A stretch of DNA of 64,000 nucleotides from a virus. Within the stretch, counting starts at the first letter, position 1; every line of letters starts with the position of its first letter. Below, piece after piece: positions 47,274-55,540 of the stretch. The stretch spans positions 1 to 64,000 of the IMG/VR virus record IMGVR_UViG_3300006982_000001; one strand, given 5' to 3'. Position numbers and translations under genes: made by a program. The notes beneath the pieces are model-generated. The model worked only from the letters and a program-made list of their open reading frames with translations, did no database searches and was not told the origin of the DNA.

Positions 47274-49874
47274 ATGAGCTCTGAACCAAACATCCACGAC
47301 CTCGACAAAGGCACAGAGAAGATCTCGATGCGGCGGTTCACCGCGCTCGCATCCGAAACACCTGACCCGACTCGGGAACCCGCCGAGGGTGACATCTACG
47401 AAGTGGAGGACGAGGAGAACCTTCCCGAGGACGCCAAAGCCCAGACCATCGCGCTGTTCCGTAACGAGGAGGACGACGAAGATCTCCCCGTCCACGTCTG
47501 GGTGAACACATCGGATCAGGCTCGTCACGTCGGTCTGTCCAACCACGAGAAGATCAATCGGGACGAGGGGATGCTGTTCGATTGGGGTGAGTTCGGCACT
47601 CACGGTTTGACGATGCGTAATATGTCGTTCCCGATCGATATGGTGTTCCTCGATGAGCGAGGTTACGTTCAGCAGATCGTGGAGCGTGTGCAGCCAGAGG
47701 ATCCGAACACGTACACGTCCGCCTGTCAGTACGCGCTGGAGCTCTCGTCCGGGTTCTGTGAGAAGCACGAGATCGACACGTCGTGGCGAGTGTTCAACGA
47801 GGTTCGGGAGTTCGAGACGAATCCGCAGATCGTGGACGTCTCCGATCGTCACCAAGAGAAGTTCTACCAGCAGTTCTTCGGTTGGGATGAGGAGGAGATC
47901 GAGAACGCGATGTCCCTACCGGAACCGACTGTCCTCGAGCTGGACAAGCAAGACGAGCCGATTCACTTCACGAACGTCGGCGGAGACCCGTTCCAAGACT
48001 ACGAGGATCTGAAGGACTTCTGCGCCGAACTCGAGGACGCGGGTGGCGAGGTCCTCCTCGGAGACGAGCCGTGGGAGCACGCTTCCGGTCACCACGATCG
48101 CCCGGTGATCGTCTACGGGCTGACGATGGGTGAGGTCGAGGAGATCTGGAGTGACTACGAGGACGATGCGCTGGCGATCGGTGGGCCGACCACCAAGCAA
48201 GAGGAGGACGTGGACGCTCACGAGGAGGCTGGACAGATCGTCCGAGTCGACAACGTCCATCAAGCTCCCGAGGACGTCGTCGTTCACTCTCACGAGGATC
48301 TGGGGCTGTTCTACGTCTACGAAGATCACACCGTGGAGCGAGCACTCGACGACTACGTCCAGAAGGCGGACGATCTGGAGATCAGTCGGTTCGTGCGCGT
48401 CTGGGTTCGTGATCCTGACGACGTCCCAGCCGGATGTGAGGCACTCGAAGGAGACGGACCTGCGGGGAACGAATATTACTACTACGAGACAATCGGTAAT
48501 CAGAGCGACCCAGATGACCGTTCATCCACGGAAGCCGAACAGACGGCCGCGCACGAATCCGGTTACGAATACCCCGATGCTGGGTCGATGGAAGCGCAGC
48601 CAGAGGTCCGAGAGGCTGTCCAGCGTTTTCGCCAGACAGTACCCGAAGAGGTAGCCGAGGAGGACGCGCTCCTCTATTGGCTGCTCGGGACGGGCACGCC
48701 CGACTACAAGATGTCCAAAGAGGACTCGGAGTACCAGAGCGCTCCCTCGGGTGGGGAGCAGTGCGGGAACTGCGAGTACCTGTATGCATCCAACGAGAGC
48801 GGGAACCTGATCTGCTCGAAGATCCGGGGACCGGTCGAGTGGTCCGGGTGGTGCAAGCTCCACGATCACGCCGATCCCGATCCAGCACTCGAGGAGGCCT
48901 ACGCGGACGCCGGGGACGTGAAAGAGGATTGGTACCCGATCACGGTCGTCGAGGCGATGGCGAAGCAGATGAACTTCGAGGTCGAGATCTTCCGCATCGT
49001 CGCGACGGAGGATATGGATATGGGCCTCACGAGCGACCTGATGGCCGTCGGAGTCAACTTCCCGAGCCACGACGTCTTCGTCGATTGGAGGACGGACTCG
49101 TGGCCTGACGGTGAGGAACTCGACGGGCCTCACGTCTCGATCTACAGTACGATGAACGACGTCCGGGACGTCGCGCAGGGAGAGATCGAGATGCTCACCA
49201 CGGTCGATCCGGGGGAGGGGTTGGACAAAGAAGATTTTCTGACCAGCGGGACGACCGTACCGGACGGTAAATGGGACGAGCTGGACGACATCCTGTTTCA
49301 GTCCTACCGGGAGCAGATCTGGGAGGAGAAGTTCGGTAAACAGCAGTGGGCTGACTCCGACGACGTCCCCGAGTTCGTTCAGCGGTGGATCTCCGAGGTG
49401 GTGGAGCTCACGGATCCTCTCTGGGCTGGTGGGTTCAACGACATCCCTCGTATGGCCGCTCTCACCGTCCACAAAGAGATCACTGACAGTCTGACCCAGC
49501 CGCAGGGTTGGTCCGTCAACTCGATTGTGGGGCGTATAGTGGACGAATTTGAGTGGCTGGAGGCGGACGACGCGCGGAACATCGTGCGAAGCGAGGTCGC
49601 AGCCGTCCTCAACAAAGCTCGAGAGGTAGCCTACCGAGCCCGTCCAGACGAAGTGATGGTCGATTGGTCGGGGCCGAGTGACTCCCATACCACGGTGATC
49701 TGCGAGACGGTGAAAGAGCGGATCAACGCCGAGGGTGGCTCAGTCCCGATCGAGGAGCTGAAGGAGATCCTCCGGGACGTCTCCTCAGAGTACCGGGAGA
49801 AGGGAGGGACCCCCGAGCGCGTGGAGGAGTATATACCCCACTACCAATGTAGACATACACTTGTTCAGGTGTGA
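47274..49874 (+). CDS. Minor head protein (Mu F / SPP1 gp7-like C-terminus) with N-terminal DUF192-like domain
   Basis: HVGLSNHEKINRDEGMLFDWGEFGTHGLTMRNMSFPIDMVFLDERG...YALELSSGF (DUF192 pattern); C-terminal IPHYQCRHTLV (HxNCRC-like). Confidence 0.6.
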   Translation: MSSEPNIHDLDKGTEKISMRRFTALASETPDPTREPAEGDIYEVEDEENLPEDAKAQTIALFRNEEDDEDLPVHVWVNTSDQARHVGLSNHEKINRDEGMLFDWGEFGTHGLTMRNMSFPIDMVFLDERGYVQQIVERVQPEDPNTYTSACQYALELSSGFCEKHEIDTSWRVFNEVREFETNPQIVDVSDRHQEKFYQQFFGWDEEEIENAMSLPEPTVLELDKQDEPIHFTNVGGDPFQDYEDLKDFCAELEDAGGEVLLGDEPWEHASGHHDRPVIVYGLTMGEVEEIWSDYEDDALAIGGPTTKQEEDVDAHEEAGQIVRVDNVHQAPEDVVVHSHEDLGLFYVYEDHTVERALDDYVQKADDLEISRFVRVWVRDPDDVPAGCEALEGDGPAGNEYYYYETIGNQSDPDDRSSTEAEQTAAHESGYEYPDAGSMEAQPEVREAVQRFRQTVPEEVAEEDALLYWLLGTGTPDYKMSKEDSEYQSAPSGGEQCGNCEYLYASNESGNLICSKIRGPVEWSGWCKLHDHADPDPALEEAYADAGDVKEDWYPITVVEAMAKQMNFEVEIFRIVATEDMDMGLTSDLMAVGVNFPSHDVFVDWRTDSWPDGEELDGPHVSIYSTMNDVRDVAQGEIEMLTTVDPGEGLDKEDFLTSGTTVPDGKWDELDDILFQSYREQIWEEKFGKQQWADSDDVPEFVQRWISEVVELTDPLWAGGFNDIPRMAALTVHKEITDSLTQPQGWSVNSIVGRIVDEFEWLEADDARNIVRSEVAAVLNKAREVAYRARPDEVMVDWSGPSDSHTTVICETVKERINAEGGSVPIEELKEILRDVSSEYREKGGTPERVEEYIPHYQCRHTLVQV

Positions 49875-49955
49875 CCACGGTTATTAGTGTCGTCATACGA
49901 TCGTTAAGGTCGATACGGAGTGAGTAACTATACGCGAGTCCGTCATAGCTCGGGT

Positions 49956-50081
49956 ATGGTGCGAGACCAAGACGATGGATCGACGATCTGTTTCGTGTGC
50001 CAAACACCGATCGCCGGGTACGAGTCCTCCTACCGGGGCGAACCTGTTCACGGTGAGTGCAGACCTCGTAACGGAATATAG
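49956..50081 (+). CDS. Possible small zinc-binding protein (41 aa)
   Basis: CFVCQ...HGEC; weak. Confidence 0.3.
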   Translation: MVRDQDDGSTICFVCQTPIAGYESSYRGEPVHGECRPRNGI

Positions 50082-50086
50082 ATACC

Positions 50087-50098
50087 CATAGATTTATA
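50087..50098 (+). promoter_or_regulatory. BRE/TATA promoter core
   Basis: CATAGATTTATA; 43 nt to ATG 50136. Confidence 0.65.
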
Positions 50099-50135
50099 CT
50101 ATGGGAGTGTGTACGTGGATGTAGAGATAAGAAAG

Positions 50136-50282
50136 ATGCCGACCTGCCCACACTGCTCGACTGATGCACAGCTCAAAGCCGGCGTCCTGCTCGACACCGT
50201 CACCGGTCAGAAAGGATACGGCTGCGACGAGTGCAACACCGCGTATAGTACGGGGGAGCTCAAGAGGCTGGGAGCGCTATGA
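50136..50282 (+). CDS. Small zinc-ribbon protein (48 aa)
   Basis: GTAGAGATAAGAAAG leader; CPHCS...CDEC. Confidence 0.5.
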   Translation: MPTCPHCSTDAQLKAGVLLDTVTGQKGYGCDECNTAYSTGELKRLGAL

Positions 50283-50395
50283 CGGTAGAGGGTGTTCTGA
50301 AGCGCTGTCCTGACTGCGAGACTCTGAACAACGTCACAGTGAACCCGGAGCGGTGCTGGTCGTGCGGGAGACCGTGGGAACACTTGAGGAGGTAG
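50279..50395 (+). CDS. Small zinc-ribbon protein (38 aa)
   Basis: ATGA coupling; CPDCE...CWSCG. Confidence 0.4.
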   Translation: MTVEGVLKRCPDCETLNNVTVNPERCWSCGRPWEHLRR

Positions 50396-50415
50396 ACGCC
50401 TGACACGCTGTCACG

Positions 50416-50685
50416 GTGCCAGATCTCCAGAGCCTACGGAAGAACGTGGAAGCGGTGGCAGGAGTGCTGAACTTCTTCGTTCCCTTCGAGGTGGTGTCCG
50501 GGATCGGGTTGGTCTTCACGATGGAGAACATCGTAGATGCGTGGCTGAGTACGGGCGAGGTGCCGATGATCTGGCTACAGGTGTACATCGTCTTCGCGCT
50601 CGAGATCGGAGTGGTGACGTACCTCTCTGCGGATGAGGAGGCGCTGGAGGAGCTGGCGGACGATCTGGACGAGATCACCGACTGA
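50416..50685 (+). CDS. Small membrane protein (GTG start)
   Basis: Two hydrophobic segments then acidic tail. Confidence 0.4.
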   Translation: MPDLQSLRKNVEAVAGVLNFFVPFEVVSGIGLVFTMENIVDAWLSTGEVPMIWLQVYIVFALEIGVVTYLSADEEALEELADDLDEITD

Positions 50686-50709
50686 CTCTCCCTCGGAGAT
50701 ATGGAAATC

Positions 50710-50721
50710 AATACTTTTATA
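50710..50721 (+). promoter_or_regulatory. BRE/TATA promoter core (variant)
   Basis: AATACTTTTATA; 43 nt to ATG 50759. Confidence 0.6.
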
Positions 50722-50758
50722 TCCTATACCGTTCTACGGGTAGATGGAGCTCAGAAAG

Positions 50759-52225
50759 ATGTACGAACGATCCATCGACGAATTCGGCGACCAGATAGAG
50801 TGGCTCGAAAACGAGAGCAGTCGGAACGACAAGAAAGCACAGATCGCACAGATCGCTCAGGAATCCCTCTGGCGACACAAGTTCGAGATCCTCGCGGGTC
50901 AGCGGTTCGACGACATCGGCATCGCCAAGAAGACGGCGATCAAGTCCGTCGCCCGCGCCTACGGGAAGCACGACGGAGACGTCGAGTCTGACGTCGCTGA
51001 GATCGGCTCTGTGACGGAGGCAGTCCGGGAGTACGGTGACACGTCGTCCTCCACCTCGGATCACCTAGACGAGCTATACACGGCCTTAGAGAGCCTCGAG
51101 GATCTTCGGGGCGACAAGCAGATCGCAGAGTTCAGCTCGATGCTGCAGAAGTTCGCGAGTCCGTGGGTCGTGACGTTCGCTGTCGTGGGAGACCTCTCGA
51201 TCGGTGTCAGTCACAGCACGATCTGCTCTGGAGTGGGCGAGTCGTTCGGCTACACCAAAGACGAGATCCAACGTGGACGCGCGCTTATCCCGAACACGGC
51301 GGAGTTCGTCGAGGCCGTCAAGAACGACCGAGTGATCGACAGCCCGACCGCCGGAGAAGCCTTCGCTCCGATGAAGGCGAAGTCCATCAGTGAGCCGGAC
51401 GATCTGGACGAGTGGGTCGCTCAGATCAAGCTCGATGGCTACCGGTGTATGATCCACATCGAGGAGGACGGGACGGCACGAGCGTTCAGCTCAGCTCTGA
51501 ACGAGCAGACGGAGAAGCTCCCGGAGCTGGCCGACATCAATTGGCCGGACGGTGAGTGGATCTTCGACGCCGAAGTGATGGCCGCAGACGACTCCTACGA
51601 GTCCACGTCAGAACGTATGCAGCGGAAGGGCAGCTCTGAGCTGCCACACACGATGAACTTCTGGGTGTTCGACGTCCTCGTCGCAGACGGAGAAGACGTC
51701 AGCAGAGAACCGTTCACCGACCGGATGGACACCGTGATCGCCAAAGCCCCGATGGACGAGCGAGTGATCCCGGTCTTCGCTCACGACGACATCGACGAGG
51801 CTCGAGAGGACGCGCTTGACAACGGGTACGAGGGCACGATCCTCAAGCACAAAGACCACGAATTCGAGTTCGGGAAGCGGTCCAAGAATTGGATCAAGGA
51901 CAAGATCACGACGGACACCGCCGACCTGCGAGTCTCCGGGTTCATTCAGGGCGAGGGACGTCACTCGGATCGGCTCGGGGCGATCACGCTGGAGACGGAG
52001 GACGGGGTCGATCTGGGAAAGGTCGGAACCGGGTTCACCGACCGGAAGCGCAAACAGATCTGGGACAACCGGGACGATTGGGACAACGCGATTGTCGAGA
52101 TCAAGTTCGACGCGGACGACGGGTACGAGGATGGACTCCGGTTCCCTGCCTTCGTCACGCGCCGGGACGACAAGCTCGCAGCGAACGACGAGCAGCGGAT
52201 TCGGAATATCGCAGGTGGTAACTGA
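50759..52225 (+). CDS. lig: ATP-dependent DNA ligase
   Basis: Motif I KLDGYR, EGTILKH, WIKDK; ATGGAGCTCAGAAAG leader. Confidence 0.85.
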   Translation: MYERSIDEFGDQIEWLENESSRNDKKAQIAQIAQESLWRHKFEILAGQRFDDIGIAKKTAIKSVARAYGKHDGDVESDVAEIGSVTEAVREYGDTSSSTSDHLDELYTALESLEDLRGDKQIAEFSSMLQKFASPWVVTFAVVGDLSIGVSHSTICSGVGESFGYTKDEIQRGRALIPNTAEFVEAVKNDRVIDSPTAGEAFAPMKAKSISEPDDLDEWVAQIKLDGYRCMIHIEEDGTARAFSSALNEQTEKLPELADINWPDGEWIFDAEVMAADDSYESTSERMQRKGSSELPHTMNFWVFDVLVADGEDVSREPFTDRMDTVIAKAPMDERVIPVFAHDDIDEAREDALDNGYEGTILKHKDHEFEFGKRSKNWIKDKITTDTADLRVSGFIQGEGRHSDRLGAITLETEDGVDLGKVGTGFTDRKRKQIWDNRDDWDNAIVEIKFDADDGYEDGLRFPAFVTRRDDKLAANDEQRIRNIAGGN

Positions 52226-52494
52226 TGAAGCCTGAGTGGATCCCGAAGCACTGCCTTCACTGTATGACGTACACGGGGCACGGTGAGGAGGACTTCGCCG
52301 ACTGCCCGAACAGGTCGTGCGGCCACGACGAGGACCACGCGACTCACTCAGGGACCTACGTCTGCCCGACGTGCGGGCATAGCTGGATGGCAATCCCACC
52401 GGAGGATTGGGACGGGAGTCTCCTCGTGCGTCCGGAGAAGCCGATCCCAACCCCGCCACCTGAGTACCGGGACACGAACGAGGTGAGCGCCTGA
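52225..52494 (+). CDS. Cys/His-rich zinc-binding protein
   Basis: CLHC...CPNRSCGH...CPTCGH. Confidence 0.5.
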   Translation: MKPEWIPKHCLHCMTYTGHGEEDFADCPNRSCGHDEDHATHSGTYVCPTCGHSWMAIPPEDWDGSLLVRPEKPIPTPPPEYRDTNEVSA

Positions 52495-52658
52495 TGGTGG
52501 AAGTCACGATGAAGACGGCGCAAGAGGTAGCGGACGAGCTGGCGGAGCTCGAGAATCAGATGCTTTGGTCCAAAGAGGATCAGGGACGATGGCGAGTACT
52601 CGTCTGGGTCCTCGGACTCGATCGGGAGCCACCGTGGGAGGGTGACGATGGCGAGTGA
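52494..52658 (+). CDS. Hypothetical protein (54 aa)
   Basis: TGATG coupling; below cutoff. Confidence 0.4.
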   Translation: MVEVTMKTAQEVADELAELENQMLWSKEDQGRWRVLVWVLGLDREPPWEGDDGE

Positions 52659-52776
52659 GCCAGACGCCTACGGATATATGGGGATGGGAGTGGCTCTCAT
52701 CGCCGCCGCGTGCGCGACGGTGGTCTGGACGTTCTTCCCGATCCCGGTCTACCACCTCGCTATCGGCTCGGGCTGA
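52648..52776 (+). CDS. Small single-TM protein (42 aa)
   Basis: GVALIAAACATVVWTFFPIPVY. Confidence 0.35.
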   Translation: MASEPDAYGYMGMGVALIAAACATVVWTFFPIPVYHLAIGSG

Positions 52777-52842
52777 CGGGGTGTCTGATGTTCCTCGTTG
52801 GACGGAGTCACGAGAAGGCAGTCCTCGAGGAGGAGATGGCCG

Positions 52843-53289
52843 ATGGGTGACGGAGAGTTCGTCGTCTGGTGTCAGTGCGGTTTCGAGAAGTGGTACGATA
52901 CCCACGCCTCGGCCAGCGCCGCGCAGGCTGGTCACACGGGATGTGAGTCAGACCGTCCGACGTGGATCGATACCGAAGAGTCCTACGAGGAGGACACTCC
53001 GCAGACGATGGCTGAAGCGACGATGTCCGGTCTGGCTCTGTCAGCACTCCGTGCTCTCATCGACCGGTACGAACCAGATCGAGAGGGTGCGCCCATCGAA
53101 CGATTTGACGATCGGTGGGAGTTGGTGCAGACAGCTCGGCGGAAGGGCGTCGTCTACCTCGCTGGGGACAGACTCTACGACACGGGACAGGAGAGACTTG
53201 AGGGTGCGGAGGACTACGAGGAGGCTCGTCAGGCTGCACGGGACGCAGCTCGTGACCGTGGACACGAGATCGAGGAGCTGGAGCAGTGA
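52843..53289 (+). CDS. Hypothetical protein
   Basis: First ATG in ORF 52798; CQCG...HTGC. Confidence 0.5.
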   Translation: MGDGEFVVWCQCGFEKWYDTHASASAAQAGHTGCESDRPTWIDTEESYEEDTPQTMAEATMSGLALSALRALIDRYEPDREGAPIERFDDRWELVQTARRKGVVYLAGDRLYDTGQERLEGAEDYEEARQAARDAARDRGHEIEELEQ

Positions 53290-53621
53290 TCAGCCTCTAC
53301 CTGCTCACGGCGCACCTGATCGGGGACTTCCCTCTGCAACCAGATTGGATGGCCGCTGAGAAGCTCGACAGTCGGTCTGTAAGGGCGAGGCACGTCATCA
53401 GGTACTCTCTACCGTTCATCCCACTCCTCGCGCTCACGTCGCCGCTGAACGGGCTGACGTTCATCGTGAGTAATGGAGTCGTTCACTACCTCGTGGACAG
53501 TCGCCGGCGGGCCGAGCCGAAGGACCACTGGTCACCTCCGGAGATGTGGGTCTGGTTCATCGACCAGATCATCCACCTTACCCAGATCACCGTCCTCGGG
53601 ATAGTAGTCTTCGGGTTCTAA
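53286..53621 (+). CDS. DUF3307-like membrane protein (GTG start)
   Basis: LLTAHLIGDFPLQPDWM; several TM segments. Confidence 0.55.
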   Translation: MISLYLLTAHLIGDFPLQPDWMAAEKLDSRSVRARHVIRYSLPFIPLLALTSPLNGLTFIVSNGVVHYLVDSRRRAEPKDHWSPPEMWVWFIDQIIHLTQITVLGIVVFGF

Positions 53622-53672
53622 TAGAGGAGTCCTGTCCTCCGCTGTCTGCTGTCCAAAAGAGTTCGTGAGTAG

Positions 53673-53700
53673 AGAGTAGGGATCAGAGAGTAGGGATCAG
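53673..53700. repeat. Tandem direct repeat AGAGTAGGGATCAG x2
   Basis: 53673..53686 and 53687..53700. Confidence 0.85.
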
Positions 53701-53710
53701 GGATCTCCAA

Positions 53711-53738
53711 TCACCCACTCTCCACTCACCCACTCTCC
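53711..53738. repeat. Direct repeat TCACCCACTCTCC x2, inverted relative to the 53673 repeats
   Basis: 53711..53723 and 53726..53738; reverse complement GGAGAGTGGGTGA shares AGAGTRGG core. Confidence 0.8.
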
Positions 53739-53901
53739 TACTCTACCTCCCTGCAGTAGCGGTATAGGTGGAAGATGATAAAGGGGACGATTGGGTATTG
53801 GGACAGAGTAATCTCGAAAGGACGGGATCGAGTTCACGGTTCCGAACAGCGACGATCTAAGCGTCCTCTCGAAGATCTCAGAGGCCTGCGACCGATTCGA
53901 T

Positions 53902-54030
53902 ATGGAGGTCCGACGTCCCGCTTACAAGCAGCCTGAGTTCGCTTACACGCCGCGTGGTGGGGAGCGGAGAGTCTACAACGAGGACGTCGACTACGATGCC
54001 TTCGTCCGACTCGTGCCGACCCGCGACTAA
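53902..54030 (+). CDS. Hypothetical protein; ATG-defined minimum, coding signal extends upstream to 53812
   Basis: GC3-rich frame open from 53812 without ATG/GTG/TTG until 53902. Confidence 0.4.
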   Translation: MEVRRPAYKQPEFAYTPRGGERRVYNEDVDYDAFVRLVPTRD

Positions 54031-54045
54031 CGGAGTATCGAAACC

Positions 54046-54057
54046 AATAGATTTATA
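54046..54057 (+). promoter_or_regulatory. BRE/TATA promoter core
   Basis: AATAGATTTATA; 45 nt to ATG 54097. Confidence 0.65.
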
Positions 54058-54096
54058 CCCATAGCCGTATTATAGACATACGAGGAAAGAGGAACT

Positions 54097-54288
54097 ATGA
54101 ACGAAACCCAGCCTACCCCGACCGCGGTCAAACAGAGTATCGCTCACGACGTCGAAGTTGCGATGGACGATCTCGGCTACGGTCTTCAGAAGGCCGCCGA
54201 AGTCGTGGTGTCCGACAGCGACTACGTCGCCGAAGAAGACGAGGCCGAGATGATCGAGGCCGTCGTGGAGGAGATCCAGACCGAGTAA
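54097..54288 (+). CDS. Hypothetical acidic protein (MNE leader class)
   Basis: GAGGAAAGAGGAACT leader then ATGAACGAAACC. Confidence 0.55.
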   Translation: MNETQPTPTAVKQSIAHDVEVAMDDLGYGLQKAAEVVVSDSDYVAEEDEAEMIEAVVEEIQTE

Positions 54289-54309
54289 GGCGACGTCACC
54301 TCAGGCTTG

Positions 54310-54549
54310 ATGGGACTGACCTATACCCACCCGGACGATTGCGAGTGCTACGAGTGCGTCGGTCAACGGCTCGAGTGGCACAACGGACGGCGCGTGGTTG
54401 TGAACAATATGAAGTACCACACCTTCGGAGAGGAGTGCTCCGAGTGTGGTCACGAGAAGTCCGAGTACCGAGATCTCGGGCGGAAAGGCTACTACGGTTG
54501 CTGGTGGTGTCGGGAACGAACGGCGGATCCCGGCGAACTGCGGGAGTAG
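54310..54549 (+). CDS. Cys-rich zinc-binding protein
   Basis: CECYEC...CSECGH...CWWC. Confidence 0.5.
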   Translation: MGLTYTHPDDCECYECVGQRLEWHNGRRVVVNNMKYHTFGEECSECGHEKSEYRDLGRKGYYGCWWCRERTADPGELRE

Positions 54550-54600
54550 ACCTCCCGCCAAAGACTTTTCGAGGTATCGGTTCAAGTGAGCGGCAGAGCG

Positions 54601-55257
54601 ATGCCTTCAGAGCAGAACCGCGTCTACATCGAGAACGAGGACGAGGCCCCCGACGACGCGCTCATCCGGGAGAGCGACAACGGGAACCTCTACTACACCC
54701 CGTCAGATCGCGGGCGAAACAATCACACCGGCGGGAACAAGACGAACGAGCTCCTCGAGCAGTCCGGCCCGGAGCTCACACCGAAGCCCGGTGAAGAGTC
54801 CGAGGACACAGAGAAGTCCGAGGAGGACACGTTCGGCAAACCCTTCGAGGGTCCGAACGGTCAGGGGCCGTTCGATTCTCTGGAGGACTGCGCTCGCCAG
54901 ATGGAAGGTGAGGTCGACGATCCTGAAGGCTGGTGCGCGTGGGCGGAGAACAAAGCTCGGAAGTCCGAGGGGGCAAACAAGGTCTACGTCGGATCAGAGG
55001 ACGAAGCTCCCGAGGACGTCACCGTCAAAGAGGACGACACGGGTCTGTTCTACCGCCAGCAGACGGCGTGGGAGTCTCGAGATATGCACTACCCGGAGGA
55101 CACGGAGGAGGAGATCGAGGAGGACACGGACGTCGAGCTACCTGATTCAGAGACAGCTACTGATGAGGGGGTTCCGTCTGAAGCTGATGCGGAGGATGAG
55201 GAGGAGGAGCTTCACGATGAGTCTCACGAGCAGTTCGGTGGGCCAGACGAAGACTGA
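54601..55257 (+). CDS. Acidic protein with internal duplication
   Basis: NRVYIENEDEAPDDALIRESDNGNLYY vs NKVYVGSEDEAPEDVTVKEDDTGLFYR; FDSLEDCARQMEGEVDDPEGWCAW. Confidence 0.55.
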   Translation: MPSEQNRVYIENEDEAPDDALIRESDNGNLYYTPSDRGRNNHTGGNKTNELLEQSGPELTPKPGEESEDTEKSEEDTFGKPFEGPNGQGPFDSLEDCARQMEGEVDDPEGWCAWAENKARKSEGANKVYVGSEDEAPEDVTVKEDDTGLFYRQQTAWESRDMHYPEDTEEEIEEDTDVELPDSETATDEGVPSEADAEDEEEELHDESHEQFGGPDED

Positions 55258-55388
55258 TTTATCTGGATATCTCGCTATCGGTAGGTGACTGTTTTTCTGG
55301 ATCTTCACAGTAGAAGCGCTCAGGCATCGGAATATCGGCACAAAGGTTTTTGTGCGGCCTCGACAATTCGAGAGTGAGGTAAAGCCTG

Positions 55389-55532
55389 ATGCGCTGTCCA
55401 AACTGTAATGCTCGGATCGGAGTAAGCAAGAATCTCCGTCCGGGCAAGAACGACACACCCGACACCTGCGATGAGTGTGGGGAGTCGTTGGACAAGTCAG
55501 AGGGTGGTAACCGAGACCTCATTATGAAGTGA
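55389..55532 (+). CDS. Small zinc-ribbon protein (47 aa) in low-GC spacer
   Basis: CPNCN...CDECG. Confidence 0.4.
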   Translation: MRCPNCNARIGVSKNLRPGKNDTPDTCDECGESLDKSEGGNRDLIMK

Positions 55533-55540
55533 TTTCACAG

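Noticed and set aside
52655-53359. A 234-aa + strand ORF spanning several small genes.
   Set aside because: The translation is Arg/Ser/Thr-rich and looks off-frame. It overlaps better, acidic, translationally coupled ORFs (52648, 52843, 53286).
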